NCBI RefSeq assembly: GCF_036365525.1
Contig: NC_090372.1
Coordinates: forward strand, 107,920,380 to 107,984,379
DNA from: Heterodontus francisci
Lineage: Eukaryota
Direction of reading: 5' to 3'
Length of the DNA: 64,000 nt
The notes below the pieces were generated by a model that made no database searches, was not told the DNA's origin, and saw only the letters and a program-made list of their open reading frames with translations. The translations under genes and the position numbers were made by a program. Position 1 is the stretch's first letter. Every line of letters begins with the position of its first letter. Of the stretch, positions 26,701 through 39,444 are shown piece by piece.

Positions 26701-27018
26701 AACAGCACCTTCCAAACCCGCAACCTCTACCAACGAGAAGGACAAGGGCAGCAGATACATGGGAACACCACCACCTGCAAGTTCCCCTCCAAGTCACACA
26801 CCATCCTGACTTGGAACTATATCGCCGTTCCTTCACTGTCGCTGGGTCAAATTCCTGGAACTTCCTTCCTAACAGCACTGTGGGTATATCTACCCCAAAT
26901 GGACTGCAGCGGTTCAAGAAGGCAGCTCACCACCACCTTCTCAAGGGCAATTAGGGATGGGCAATAAATGCTGGCCTGGCCAGCGACGCCCACATCCCTG
27001 AATGAATTTAAAAAAAAA
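23745..27018 (+). mobile_element. Near full-length CR1/L2-group LINE with a tRNA-like 5' head and a single EN-RT ORF (decayed)
   Basis: A box TGGTGTAGTGG (23756), B box GTTCGAATCC (23821); endonuclease (NIWGL, ILTES, GDFNVH, LDLVLT, SDH); RT (ALDIKAAF, GVPQDSVLGP, MFADD); tail gggcaataaatgctggcc...cccacatccc followed by an A-run. Confidence 0.9.
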
Positions 27019-27869
27019 TTCCTTTGGTCAATCTGAGATGGATTATTTAGGCGTTTGCAGGGCAGTATATTTGGGTGGGTTTTGGACATTGTGTAATCCC
27101 TGTGGGTGGTTAGGTGGGCAGTGGGGTGCTAAGGCATCCTCATTCTGTCAGAGAATTATGACTTTTGACATATTATGTTTTGTTGAAATAATAAAAGTTA
27201 AACAACGCAGATGATAGGTGACCAACTGTATTTTTGGCTATAAACAATAAAATGTTCATTCTGAACTTAGGAGTATTCACTTTGCCCAGAATATTTGTGT
27301 TTGCTATGTGCTGTGGAGACAAAATTAGTCTGTGTCAGTGACGCAAAAAGGGCTCATCGTGAATTGACATGGTGCCTGATTTTCTTTCTCATTGATTTCA
27401 AAATTGGGCACTGTGTAAGATGTACTACTGATTTCCTATAAGCAAAGTGACCCAGCGAATGAAAGAAGATCCATTTTTATTTTCTGAAACACTGGAATCA
27501 GCATCAGAACAGGGAAGGACTCCAATCCCTGCTCAGATCAATGCGAGCCACCTAATAACAGATCCAGAGTATACGTAGCACAGGTGGATCTTTCAACCGG
27601 ACATTTTGGCTTCTGCTGCAGTTGAAGTTCAGACATCAGCCATCAGGCGGTGGTTGGGTCCACTAGTGTGAAAATCGAGTTGACCACCACTTCCAGGCTA
27701 GAAAGGATGGGCTTCAAGTTGTGTGCAAAGCCTCTGCCATGTTGCTGCCAGACGTCTCCACGCTCCTTGACTGTGACCACTGGTTTCTGTCAGGACTGTC
27801 AATGTACCAAGCATTTCATTTTTTCCAACTATCAGCCCTTTACTATAGGTCACCCCATAAATGCCCTAA

Positions 27870-28960
27870 TGTAAGTCCTCTGTAGCAGAACTCATTTGCG
27901 ACCTCATCCTCTGGCTGCAGGCCATTCGTGCCTGGTGAATCACCATGTGCAGATCCCTCCTCAAAGCTACCATCTAAAATATGCACCGTCAGTACCTGAG
28001 CTGGTGGTTATGAGCGAGAGCAAGTGATGCTGTTTCTTTCTCATCACTGTCTTTCTGCTCTTCACCTCCTCCTCTTCCACCACTGCCTGGCCAGGTTGAA
28101 ATTCTTGGGTATCTGAAAGGAGAAAGGCAAAAGGCAAGGGGAAGGGGGGAAATTAAGAGGTGCATTCTTACCCCAACTGCAGCTTGTAAATCAGAAGAGA
28201 TTGTGGAATGAGGAAATGGGATGTGAGAAGAGTATTATATATGAGAATACCATGTTCAGTGAATTCAGTGTTGCATCTGGCCATTCTGCAGACCTGGCCA
28301 CTCCAATGATGGTGAGCACCATCTCCTGCATGCGGGTGAGGACATGTAACCTTGTCTGACCCTTGCTGGTTAGCTCCTGCTGCCTCTGGTTATGCGCCAC
28401 CTTGTCCTGCAAGAGACAGGGAAGAGACAGTCAGTGATGTGGTGCAATGTGTTTGGCTAATGTGGCTGTCACAATTGAATAGCTGGCATTGTGTAAGCTG
28501 GGAGATGTGGGTATGAGGCTTTCAGCAGTGCCAAGTGGGTGAGGTGAGGCATATGAATGTTATGTTTGAGTCCAGATTGATAGAGATTTTTTGGTAGCTG
28601 AGTGATGGGGGAGCTGTACATTGAGTAGTGTGTAATCTGTCATGTTATGTCATCATTCAATGTTCTTCTTGCTTACATTTTCTTCTACAACCAGTTCCAG
28701 GATTTCTGTAGCCAGAAAGCACTTCCCCTTTAAAAGGTGCAGGCGGGCTTAATGTAGTATAGGTTAGTATTAAGTGGTGCTAGCCTCTCACGATTTTGCA
28801 CCCCCTGCTCACGCATGCATCCATTCAACAGCATGGTTAGTGCTGGCTGCACGCAGCAATCATTTAAGTGAGCAAGCAGCGCGAAGTTTGTGTGCTGCCT
28901 GCATCGAAATCAACTACCATGGGTTCATCACTCATCACGAGCCGTTTTGAAGCCTTATCG
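27870..28960 (-). mobile_element. Probable Harbinger Myb/SANT-accessory gene remnant
   Basis: Exon-like piece DKVAHNQRQQELTSKGQTRLHVLTRMQEMVLTIIG resembles the region following the Myb/SANT domain in Harbinger second ORFs; boundaries uncertain. Confidence 0.4.
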
Positions 28961-29143
28961 CGTTTTGAGACCGTTGTATCTGCTGTTGTGTCCAGGTGCC
29001 TTTCTAAGTCTGTTATCGGACTAATTCAATACCATCCATTGGGGGTAGTTTTCAACTTTACTACAAGAGTGGGTTGCCCAGCTGTTGTCGAATCTACCTG
29101 CTTTTACTTTTTGAAATCAATGGCATGACAATCTGACAGGTTC

Positions 29144-30297
29144 TATAACAACAACAGGATTGGCTCTGCAAGATTATCACCCATTCTGCAGAATTGAAAA
29201 TTACCCCCATTCTCTCCTGAAATCCCACATTTTGTTCATCTATTTGTGATCCTATACCTTTTTCAGTCATGGAACTGTTTTTTTTTTCTCCTCTGTTTGA
29301 AAACAGTGTTCCTTTAAGACTGAGACTCTGTTTAAAAAACAGTGTGCCTTTAAAAACTCGGGGGCAGTGTGCCAGCCACTGTACTCGTTTCCTAGGCAAC
29401 AGCAGGAGAGAGAGGAGGTCACATGGTGTATTGTAACTCTTGACTTTGTGTAGAGACTGGCTAAAACAGGTCTGATTTGGAGTCCAGCTAAATATGCTCA
29501 CTGAAGGAAGATTCCCTGAAAGTTAAACAAAAAGTGCTGGAAATACTCAGGATCTCTCTCTCTCAGCAGAAAAATCTACATTCCTACAAGCTCTGTTATT
29601 GCCTCAGGAAAAAGAAAATCCTGGAAGAGAACATTTGTATTGTTGGAGGTAGTAAATTCCTTTTTTTTCCCTTTCTCTAAGAAGTCTTTGCTTCAGGACT
29701 GACTCTCTGTTGCCTGTTGTGTTTCCTGGAATTCTCTGCAAACTTTCTACTGAAAGACTACCAACTAAAAAATCCAAATAGACCTGTTACTATACTCCTT
29801 GTTGAAAGAACTGTATGACGCCTGCAGCAACCAAAGTGCTTTGAACACCTATCCTAAAGACTGTTCGTCGAATTCGCCTGGAGACTTTGAGTGACATCTG
29901 ATTATTCTACTCTGGGACGCCTTCACTAACTTGGAACATAAATCACCAGGACTTACAACCCAGCTACTTACTTATTTCTAAGAAACATAATTTTAAAAAC
30001 CAGTTAACCATTGGTTTTTGAATGTATGTGTGTATGCATTAGGGTTAAGAGAAATAAAAAGTTATAAAGTCTTTTAGACATAGGTTTATCTCAATAGTGA
30101 GTAAGATTTAGTTGATGAATAAATAGTTAATTTGTTGTTGTTTAAAGATACCTGATTTGGTATGTTTTATTCTTGGGGTTAATAAAGTGTTTAATTTGGC
30201 TAATTTCCAGTAGGTGGGAAAACTTTAATAATATGCTATGACCTGTGGAGTAATGGAACTGAATTGACAGTGCATTGCTCCCACCTTAGTTGTAACA
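29144..30297 (+). mobile_element. Probable old solo LTR
   Basis: Ends in TGTAACA; layout resembles the 12846-14106 LTR (ggtcacatg, CT run, GT run, AATAAA). No TSD recognised. Confidence 0.5.
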
Positions 30298-30685
30298 AGT
30301 GTTAAATGTTGTTGAAACGCTTATTTTTCATTGCAAATTTTCCCAGTTGTGTAGCTGATTAAAAATACACTGCTACATTCTCTGTCTCGACTGTGCTGTC
30401 AACATGTACGTCATCAGCATGTACCAATTTGCTGCTTGGACTTAGCAGATCGTAGAATCCTTTGTTGCTCAAATATTTTGAGGTCAGGTCCACTGTTGTG
30501 TAAATATGATGTCACAGTGTGGCATATTTAGTGTCTTCTTTGAATACACATGCTTTTCATCAAGTGCAAGCATATCAAGTAAGGGGAGATCTGTGTTTAA
30601 GGGGAGATATGTGCTTACAACAAAATACAAGACTGTCTGATTATTGTGTTGTGAAGTTTTATTTTGGTGTTGAAGTATAATAGGT

Positions 30686-31800
30686 GGGCTGAAATTTCTG
30701 CCTGCAAACAATGGCAGCCTGCACGCGTGGGCTGAGCTTCGTGGAGCTGCCGCGATATTAAACATGGCAGTTCATTTAAATTGCTGTGGTGGATCATTCC
30801 ACCCCCCCCCCACCTCCCCAATGACATGGAGGGGGCAGGTGGTTTGACCCGACAATGGAATCAGGCGCCACTGCGCAGGCACCGATGCCATTTTATTTAA
30901 TTAAGATAGTTAAAGAAAATTGACTTTAAAAAAATTAAATAAAGTTATCACGACCCTCTCCCCACCTCCAATGACCATCAAATTCATTACTTGCCCTCTT
31001 CCCCCATAAAACACTTAGCTTTTGCTCCCAACCGTCCCCCCCAAAGTTCAAAAACTTTAAACTTTACCCCTTCCCACCACCCCCAGACTGATCAGAGATG
31101 TTTGACCTCCACTCCCCTGCTCCGCCCTGAAAACCTACCTGCTTCTCCCCTCCCCACCAGTGTTCTGCCTCAGGTCTCCGGATGGGGAGCTAAAGGCATG
31201 GGAGTGCCAACCACTGGCATGAATATCGCACTGGGAACAATGGTGGGAGCAGGTAAGTAAATAATTCATTCATTTTAATTAATTAGCATATTTAAATTTT
31301 GATCCCACCACCAAGTGGCAGGGTGGCTGCCGTGATAAAGGCCTCCTTGGGTCTGCAAAAAAAAACCCCGACCTGAGCCTGATAGAACCACATCTGACCC
31401 AACCCCGACCCGGCCCGAGTCCTCGCAATTTTTCTCGTGCCTGACCCGACCCGACCCGACCATCAGTTAACTTACCTTCCATTTTTCACTGTTGCTGATC
31501 TGTTCAGGCTTAAAATAACTGTAACAAAAGCACGTTTCTAGTCCAAAAATGTAATTAACAGTGGTGCCACTTATCTGTGATAGAGTGTGGCTGACCTGGC
31601 CTGACCCAAGCCAGAATGCCGGACCTGGAAGTGCAACCCGACCCGAACCCGACACGTCATTGGGTCCCGTTGGTTTTGGGTCGGGTAGCAGGCCGTTAAG
31701 CCATGAGGCCTCGCTGCTGCTGACAATATTGGGCCGGGCCTTCCTGGTGTCGAGGCCCATGGTGGGCCTCTCCTGGAGGTATTTTACGGATCTCCCTCCC
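30686..31800. mobile_element. Harbinger-like non-autonomous element hosting a hAT-like MITE
   Basis: Starts gggctgaaattt; body similar to the 7374 and 34807 copies. Confidence 0.6.
31336..31698. mobile_element. hAT-like MITE with ACCCG subterminal repeats
   Basis: TIR taaaggcc / ggccgtta; degenerate 8-bp TSD tgccgtga/agccatga; (acccg)n arrays. Confidence 0.65.
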
Positions 31801-32077
31801 CACCACGACTTCTGTACAGTAGTTTGTGCTGGTAAAAACAAGTTTCTTTAATTGGTTTTGACAGATGATCTTGAATGCATATTTGTTGATTTTAATATAT
31901 GTATATTGATGTAGACATTCAATAGTAGAACCACAATTCATATAAGGGATATAATTTGGGTCTATTGGATAGTGACAAATATAAGCAACATAATACCCGA
32001 GTCACTGCCATGGACAAAAATACTGGTTAATAAAATTTCATCATGTTATTCTTCCATAGGTGGTGATCTAGAAACCA

Positions 32078-32516
32078 TTTACTGGGATGTTGCCTGGTAT
32101 GGAGGGAAGGTCTTACAAGGAAAGGCTGAGGGACTTGAGGTTGTTTTCGTTGGAGAGAAGGAGGAGGAGAGGTGACTTAATAGAGACATATAAGATAATC
32201 AGAGGGTTGGATAGGGTGGATAGTGAGAGTCTTTTTCCTCGGATGGTGATGGCAAACACGAGGGTACATAGCTTTAAGTTGAGGGGTGATAGATATAGGA
32301 CAGATGTCAGAGGTAGTTTCTTTACTCAGAGAGTAGTAGGGGCGTGGAACGCCCTGCCTGCAACAGTAGTAGACTTGCCAACTTTAAGGGCATTTAAGTG
32401 GTCATTGGATAGACATATGGATGAAAATGGAATAGTGTAGGTCAGATGGTTTCACAGGTCGGCGCAACATCGAGGGCCGAAGGGCCTGTACTGCGCTGTA
32501 ATGTTCTAATTCTAAT
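32078..32516 (+). mobile_element. Young CR1 3' fragment
   Basis: 117-aa ORF2 C-terminus with only 3 aa differences from the 44656 copy; (ttctaa)n tail. Confidence 0.92.
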
Positions 32517-33024
32517 TGAGCAGGAGAACAATTAATGAAATGAAGATTTATGCACTTTCTATGTTGTAATTATTAACATCTGTAGACCAACATCAACTCC
32601 ACGACAAAAATCGATTCCGTTGGTATTAATTGCTCCCATTATAACAATTCTCAAAATTAATTGGGTTTTATTTGATGCAAAAGTTTGTTTTCTTTTTCAT
32701 TTCCTATACAATATAATTGTTCAGAAATTACAGTCCACTTATTTTTATAGTGAGCATACAAAGTTGTCAGTTGTAGCACATGCTTTTGAAAATAATATTT
32801 GCTTGTTTTGAGTGTGTCATTTGAATCATGGCCAGAAGCAATTACTGAGTTCCCCTGAAGGCTCAAGGGATAAATGAACTGCTTGATCCATTTAGAACAT
32901 GAAGGTTTTACGTTTGATCCCTTAATCTCCAATCTGATCTTCCATCTTGCTAGATGTGAGCATGTGTAGATGCCCAGTGAGAAGAGGATGAGTCTGAAAT
33001 GAGTAGCAGGCTCATGACCTGTGT

Positions 33025-33501
33025 CAATGATTCCTGGGATGGTGGGATTGTCCTATGAGGAGAGATTGAGGAGATTGGGCCTGTGTTCTCTGGATTTTAG
33101 AAGAATGAGAGGCGATTGCATAGAAACTTACAAAATTCTTAAAGGGATAGATAGGGTAGATGCAGAAAGAATGTTTCCCCTGGCTGTGGGATCTATAACA
33201 AGGAGACACGATCTCAGAATAAAGGGCAAGCCGTTTAGGACTGAGATGAGGAGGAACTTCTTCACTCAGAGGGTGGTGAATCTTTGGAATTCTCTGCCCA
33301 GAGTGTGGTGGAAGCTCAGTCATTGAGTAGGTTCAAGACAGAGATCGATAGATTTCTAGTTGTTAATGAATCAAGGAATATGGGGATAGTGTGGGAATAT
33401 GGCATTGAGGTAGTCTATCAGCCATGATCTAGAATGGCGGAGCAGGCTCGAAGGGCTGAATGGCCTACTCCTGCTCCTATGTTCCTATGTCGTATGTTCC
33501 T
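33025..33501 (+). mobile_element. CR1 3' fragment
   Basis: MIPGMVGLSYEERLRRLGL...FFTQRVVNLWNSLP and a cctatgtt repeat tail. Confidence 0.88.
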
Positions 33502-34209
33502 AATGGTGCTGTGTTCAATTTGAGTTAAAGCATCCAGGAAAGGACAGAAAATCTAGAATTCGAAAGTGAGTTAGTGAGACTAGGTGTAGGGGAGATAAGT
33601 TACTATTTATAGTGATACAGTCATTAGCTCAGGATAAATTAAGCCCATACTGTGGGGTGGAAATTGGTATGGGCCGCAGCTCTTTTTCAGGCATAAAATG
33701 GGTGCAAATTATACCAATTTAATGGCGGGACAGCCTGTGCTCAATCTATGCAAATATTACACCAAATATTAAAGTCCCGTGATTCATTCTTTCAACCACC
33801 CCAAATGGTTCAAATGGATGAAACATACATTGTGCATACTCTGCCGAATTGTACCAGGTGTTTAATGGCCTAACCAGTGGCTGTTAAAGCTTTTTTATTG
33901 TTTAGTAGACTTAGGGGGATTAGGGTGTTTCTTCTGGGCCCGCCAATAGTCTCCGGCTTGCTTTCAGTCCATCTAAGACCCTCCGTCTTCCCCCTTCCCA
34001 GGTTCTACCTGAGAGTCGGCTCAATGTGAAACCCGGTTGACACCCTCTCCGATCCTATGAGCAGCAGCTTTGCACAAACTTCAAGCTCGCTGGTAACATG
34101 CTAATGAGGCTCAGACATCAAAATGGCTTGGAGCTCATGCAGGCACTAAAGGGAAAGCAAAGTTATTGTAATACCAGCTTCTCCCTATTTCGTGCGTTGC
34201 TTTAATGTT

Positions 34210-37200
34210 GCCCTTTCTCTACTTTAAAAAGTTTCTGTGCAAAGCATTACATTGCAAGATGCCCCTCCTGAAGGACCCCAAACATTTCCTTTTGTAAAAC
34301 AATCCAACAGTTGATGACTTGCATCCATCCATTTAATTTTAGATATTTCCTTTCTCTCCAGCATTTGCTTCAATCCAACAACATCAATCCGTAACCTTTT
34401 CCCACTCTTGCTTTTTTTCAGAATGTATATTATCCCAAAAGGACGATTATCTACTGAACATTCAATGGGTAGACTGTCTTCACTACGCTAATTGTACAGA
34501 ATCTCACTTAAAATATTTGACAAATAGAATCCCATATTCACGAGTCAGTGTGTCAGCAGCCAAAGTACTTTTAACAGCCATTTTTATTTTCTCAGCTTCC
34601 CAAGCTAAAGGACAACATTTTCCGTTCTCATCCATCAGAAATATTATGAAATCAGCAGCACTAGAATACTCATCAGTAAGATTAGCATGTGAAGCAGCGC
34701 TAAAAATAACTAGCCTAATGTTCTTTGGGTCATCTAAGGATGGGAACTTATGTATACATTTATCCAGATTTAACTTCCTTAATGTTTTATTTGCCCTTAA
34801 AACATTGGGCTGAATCGGCGGCGGGAGGGGCCACACACCAAAGAGCCACCTGATTTCAAGCGCAGCAGCTCATTTAAATGGCCGGGGTGGGCCACCCCCA
34901 CCCCCGAACACGTGGAGGGGGCGGACTGTCCATCCCCGGTAACGGCGTCAGCTGCCTGTGCACAGGCATAACACCATTTCTAAAGCCATCAACCCTGCCG
35001 GTACATTTAAATATTTAAAGTGACATTGAATTAAAATAAATAAATACATTTCTTTTGCCCCTCTACCACCCTCCAATATCAATTAAATTAATTATTTGTT
35101 CTTCCCACCCCCCCCACCAAAACACTTAACTTCACCATCTGACCTTCCCCCCCGCCCCCCCCGCAAATTGTACTAACTTTAAACTGTAACCCTTCCTACC
35201 GTCCCCTACAGCCAAGACATTCATTTGACCCAGATCCCCCCCCCCCCCACACTGATAAACTTACCTCCTCCCCCACTCCGCACCAGTGTTGCCCCTTGTT
35301 ACCTCAGATGGGGATCTGAAGGCGTGGCAGTGCCGGCCGCCGGGGTGAAGATCGTGATGGGACTTCAGGAGGTGATTTAATTTATTTAAATATTTAAATG
35401 GCGGTCCTGTCACTGAGTGGTGGGGGGGGGGGCGGCCACCACGAAGCCTCGCCGCCATCGGCAATATCGGGCTGGGCCCTTCCGCCGCCGAGGTTCTTGC
35501 CGAGCCTCATCCGGAGCAATCTTCATGCACCCTCCCACCACCGATCCCGACGTCGAGGGCTCTATAAAATCTTGCCCATTCTCTACTTTAAGGTCTTTCA
35601 TCATTGTACTGAACTCCAACAGATCAAAACCAGCATCTGGTGTAGTGTTGAGTACACAACCAGTTCAACTGACCAATCAAGCTTCACAATTGCACTGTCT
35701 CTTCTTTAGATATAACATCATCTTTCTGTGGTGACTTAGTATGATTAGCTGGGATGGGAGTAACACTCACTAAATAGGAATGCTGATTTAAAGTTATTCC
35801 AGGCCTACTTTGCTTAACATCTAAACTAATATATTTAAAAGCCCCACAAGCCTGAGTCCCAATTTTAAGTACAACTCTAATCTTGCAAATAAAACATTTT
35901 TTCAAATTCCTCAGTAGCATCCCCTAAGAAAAGATGCATCCTGAAGATTTCCTTTTATGATACTAATAAAACATTGTGGGATCAGCTTTTAGTTGAACAC
36001 AACCTATTTTCAGCAAAACAGATCTCACCAAAAAATTCCACATCCTGGAAGCATCATTCAGGCCATAGACATATTTGTTTCCTTAGTTTTCTTCTGCATC
36101 TGCTGCTTCTTTTGCAGTTTCAGAAACACATCTCTCCAAAAGTATGAATATGTGACCAAAAGAGCTAAAACGATTTTTAAGAATTACTTACAGCTGTGGG
36201 TGAATCCACTCTAATATCTGCATCACCTAGTCAATATTCAAAACCCCTCACAACCAGCTTCACTTTAGCCTTATAAGTTTCATCTGCAAGAACCTTTTCA
36301 ATACAAATCCACTTATGTGACAAAGCTGATTGATCCTTATCAGGTACCTCAGAATAGATTCAAACTCTCTCCAACTATCTAATTCCCTTTGTTTTGCTAC
36401 TCTTATTAGTTTATCCTCAGTTTATTGGCAGCCACTAAATCTTCAGTCATGAGGTCAAGTTCAGTTGTGAGACTGTTCATTTATTTCATTATCTCATCTA
36501 TTCAAGCTATGGCCTCTACTTCCACTTTTACGTCTGCTGGGATTATTACTGCAAGATTTCCTACTTGCATTATCAGAGGCGCTTTCTCCAGTACGTGATT
36601 GTTTTTTGATGCAAGAGTCACTATTGGATTCACTATCAGTACTTGCACTGTGCTTTCTTATTCTCCACTTGTTCACCCCATTCCTCCAGTCCATGGACCT
36701 CACTTCTTGGCCATCATACTGAACATTCAGCCAGTGTTTAAACTTGCCAGTAGCTTTTCCTACACATCCCACAATTGTTGCATCTCTCAATTCACTAGAC
36801 CCCTCTGGAACATATGTTATCTGAGTATCTACTCTGGACAGTTGGCCTACGGATGTGATAGCTCTGTCCTGTGGGTCATGATCACTCTCCAGCCCTAGAC
36901 CTACTGGATTCTGTTCCTCAGGACGTTCCTCACAAAACTCATGAGCATTTGAGATACAAGGTGCCTTGTTTACTTTTATCGGCTGCTCAGAATGAGAGGT
37001 TTAGTAATTAATTCTGATTGATCGTGAGGAATGAACCTTAACAGTTGATTGTCATGTTTGCGAAGTGCTATCTTACCTTCATAATCTATTACCGAATCAG
37101 GGCCTTCCCATTCTCCATAACGCTCTTATTGATGGGGACGATACTCACCAACCATCTGGAGTGAATTCATGGGCGGTTGTCAATTGCAGTCTCGTTGGTC

Positions 37201-39440
37201 AGTTAAAATTTTATGCAAGATTTCATCAATCACTGCATGATTCTTTTCACAAGGTCCATGTCTGAAAGGATTTTCAGCTATGGTATTCATGACTATGAAG
37301 TTCATATTTTCACGTGTCTCTGAAATTGTCATTGGCAAGTTCCCCTTTCTTATCAGTAAGAAACTTTGCTGGCATCCCGAGTCTGGTCCCTATCCATTTC
37401 TTCATGATTTTGTCTGTAATAATCTTTTGTCCTTACTATGTATTATTGTAGAAAGACTAAATCTGCTTGCCAGGCCTATAAAATATAGAATGAAAATATT
37501 TCTGTCTTTGTCCTATGCCTTTAAATCCATGGCAACTACCTTGTTAAAGTCACATGAATGGAAGGCTTACAATAGGATGTGACGGCATTCTCTGATTTTT
37601 TTTTTACAGGTTTCATACTTCTCACTAATCTCTTCTATAATCTTTATATACACTTCATTAACTACACCTGCATCCTTTAGCAGGGTTTTTAACCTCGGAC
37701 AAGTAGGGTGAGCAAATTGTCTATGCACAATTTGTGTTTTGTCTCTGATTCTTATCAGCTGATGCCATTAATACTTATCTAACATATATGAGAAACATAA
37801 TGAGAAACATCATGTTTTGTTATTGGGATACAATAATGTCCTGAATGGGTAAACTGCAGATCAGCTGACTTTCCAAAAATAATTGTCTTATCATACACCA
37901 TATCCAGTTTCTTTTCTACTTTTTTCAGGGAAGTTTTATTCAACAGCAGAAGTTGAGTACACAGAGACTACATCAGTACTTATAAAAATGGCTTACTCCA
38001 AACCATGTTACATGGAATTACATCTCTCTTTAAGGACCTCAATTGCTAAACCTGAAACAAGTAGTACTTTTACATTCCTTAACCTTGTGCCAATCCTCAC
38101 TACTTAATGAATCAAGGTAACATTTTAACCAATTTGTCCCACATGTTGTTGAAGTATCAACACTACTTAGTACTGCACAGTTAAAGGTGACTGCGACTCA
38201 CACATTCATCACATGGACAAAACTCCTTGTGACCAGTATAATTTGTTCTAATTCATCGTTATCTTGATTCTCTTCCTTAGATTTCTCTTCATCATGTGTC
38301 ATTTTGAGGAGCCTGCCTCTTGACTTTGGGAAGTTCACTGCACAATGATATTTTGACTCACACCTGAAGCACCTATTAACTGTTCCTTGAGCCTTTCTAG
38401 GATTCATCCACTTATTATTGCTGTTCCAAGTTTGTCTTCTGCTGTTAAAGCCAGATCTGCCCAAGGTGCTTTCATTGTCATTCTGCCTGTCTTTTATTCT
38501 TACATTGTATTGACCCCTGTATCCAGCATCTGGACTATTTCAAAATCTGTCAGTCAGTGAGTCTTCTATTCTTTGTGTCACCACAGAATGTCTCATTTGT
38601 TCCATGAAAGCTGAAGCAAATGATTGTTTCCTTAGGATTTGTTTTTAAGACAGCAGACATCTGATCCAACAAAGTCACCATCTCCGAGAACCGAACACCA
38701 GGGAGAACCAATGGCCTGTCCATATGAGACACCTTTGGACAATGCAGTAATTTAAATACTAGTACCAATCCAGGGATCCTCAAATTGGTTTTTGTCAGCC
38801 TTTTATACAATCTGTTAAAGTTTTTATATATTCTTCCATCAAATTATGACCATGCCTCTTAGGCATTTAACAGATCATCTTTCATTTAGATTTCATCTAA
38901 GAACTCTAATAGAAGGCCCAAACCTTCACTACTATCCAACTAATGGGCATCCATCTCACAGCGTACTTCCGATTTTACCTCTTGTAGGAAACAACATTGC
39001 CAAAGCCACACCTTATTTTCTCTTTGGTAGGGACATAACCCGTGTTTACATATCCACTTTGTTCTTCCAATGATCGTATGATTCAGTCTTCAAGAACATC
39101 AGAGGGTAATCACACCCAACAATTTACACTTACTTTCTGCCACTCGGATTTTAGTTTTCTGTCTGAACTTTTTTTTTTAGTTTCCAACATTCACCTTTAG
39201 CCAACCATTCCCTGCTGCCATGTTCATTCCATAAAGCCAGGTGGTGTAGGATAGAAAAGGAGCCAATCTTTACACACATTTTATTTACGGAGAAACACAT
39301 TACAAACACACACCTCCTGACACAAAGAGACAGTTTTAGTCAGTTTAGGGGCACAAGTAAATTCCCAGTTAATGCCCACTATCTGCATGCAATTAATTAC
39401 AATTAATATACAATTAACAAGGGAGGGTTTCAACAGAAGA
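34210..39440 (-). mobile_element. Decayed Ty1/Copia-like LTR retrotransposon internal region
   Basis: On the minus strand, in Copia order: zinc knuckle CFRCESKYH (~38350), integrase-like HRQFAHP (~37715), RT-like ARGF region (~36250), RNase H FSAASHANL...PLAWEAEKIKMAVKSTLAADT (~34600). LTRs not identified. Confidence 0.7.
34807..35577. mobile_element. Harbinger-like non-autonomous element inserted in the Copia remnant
   Basis: Termini gggctgaat / atcttgccc with an exact 3-bp TSD (ATT). Confidence 0.78.
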
Positions 39441-39444
39441 TGAA

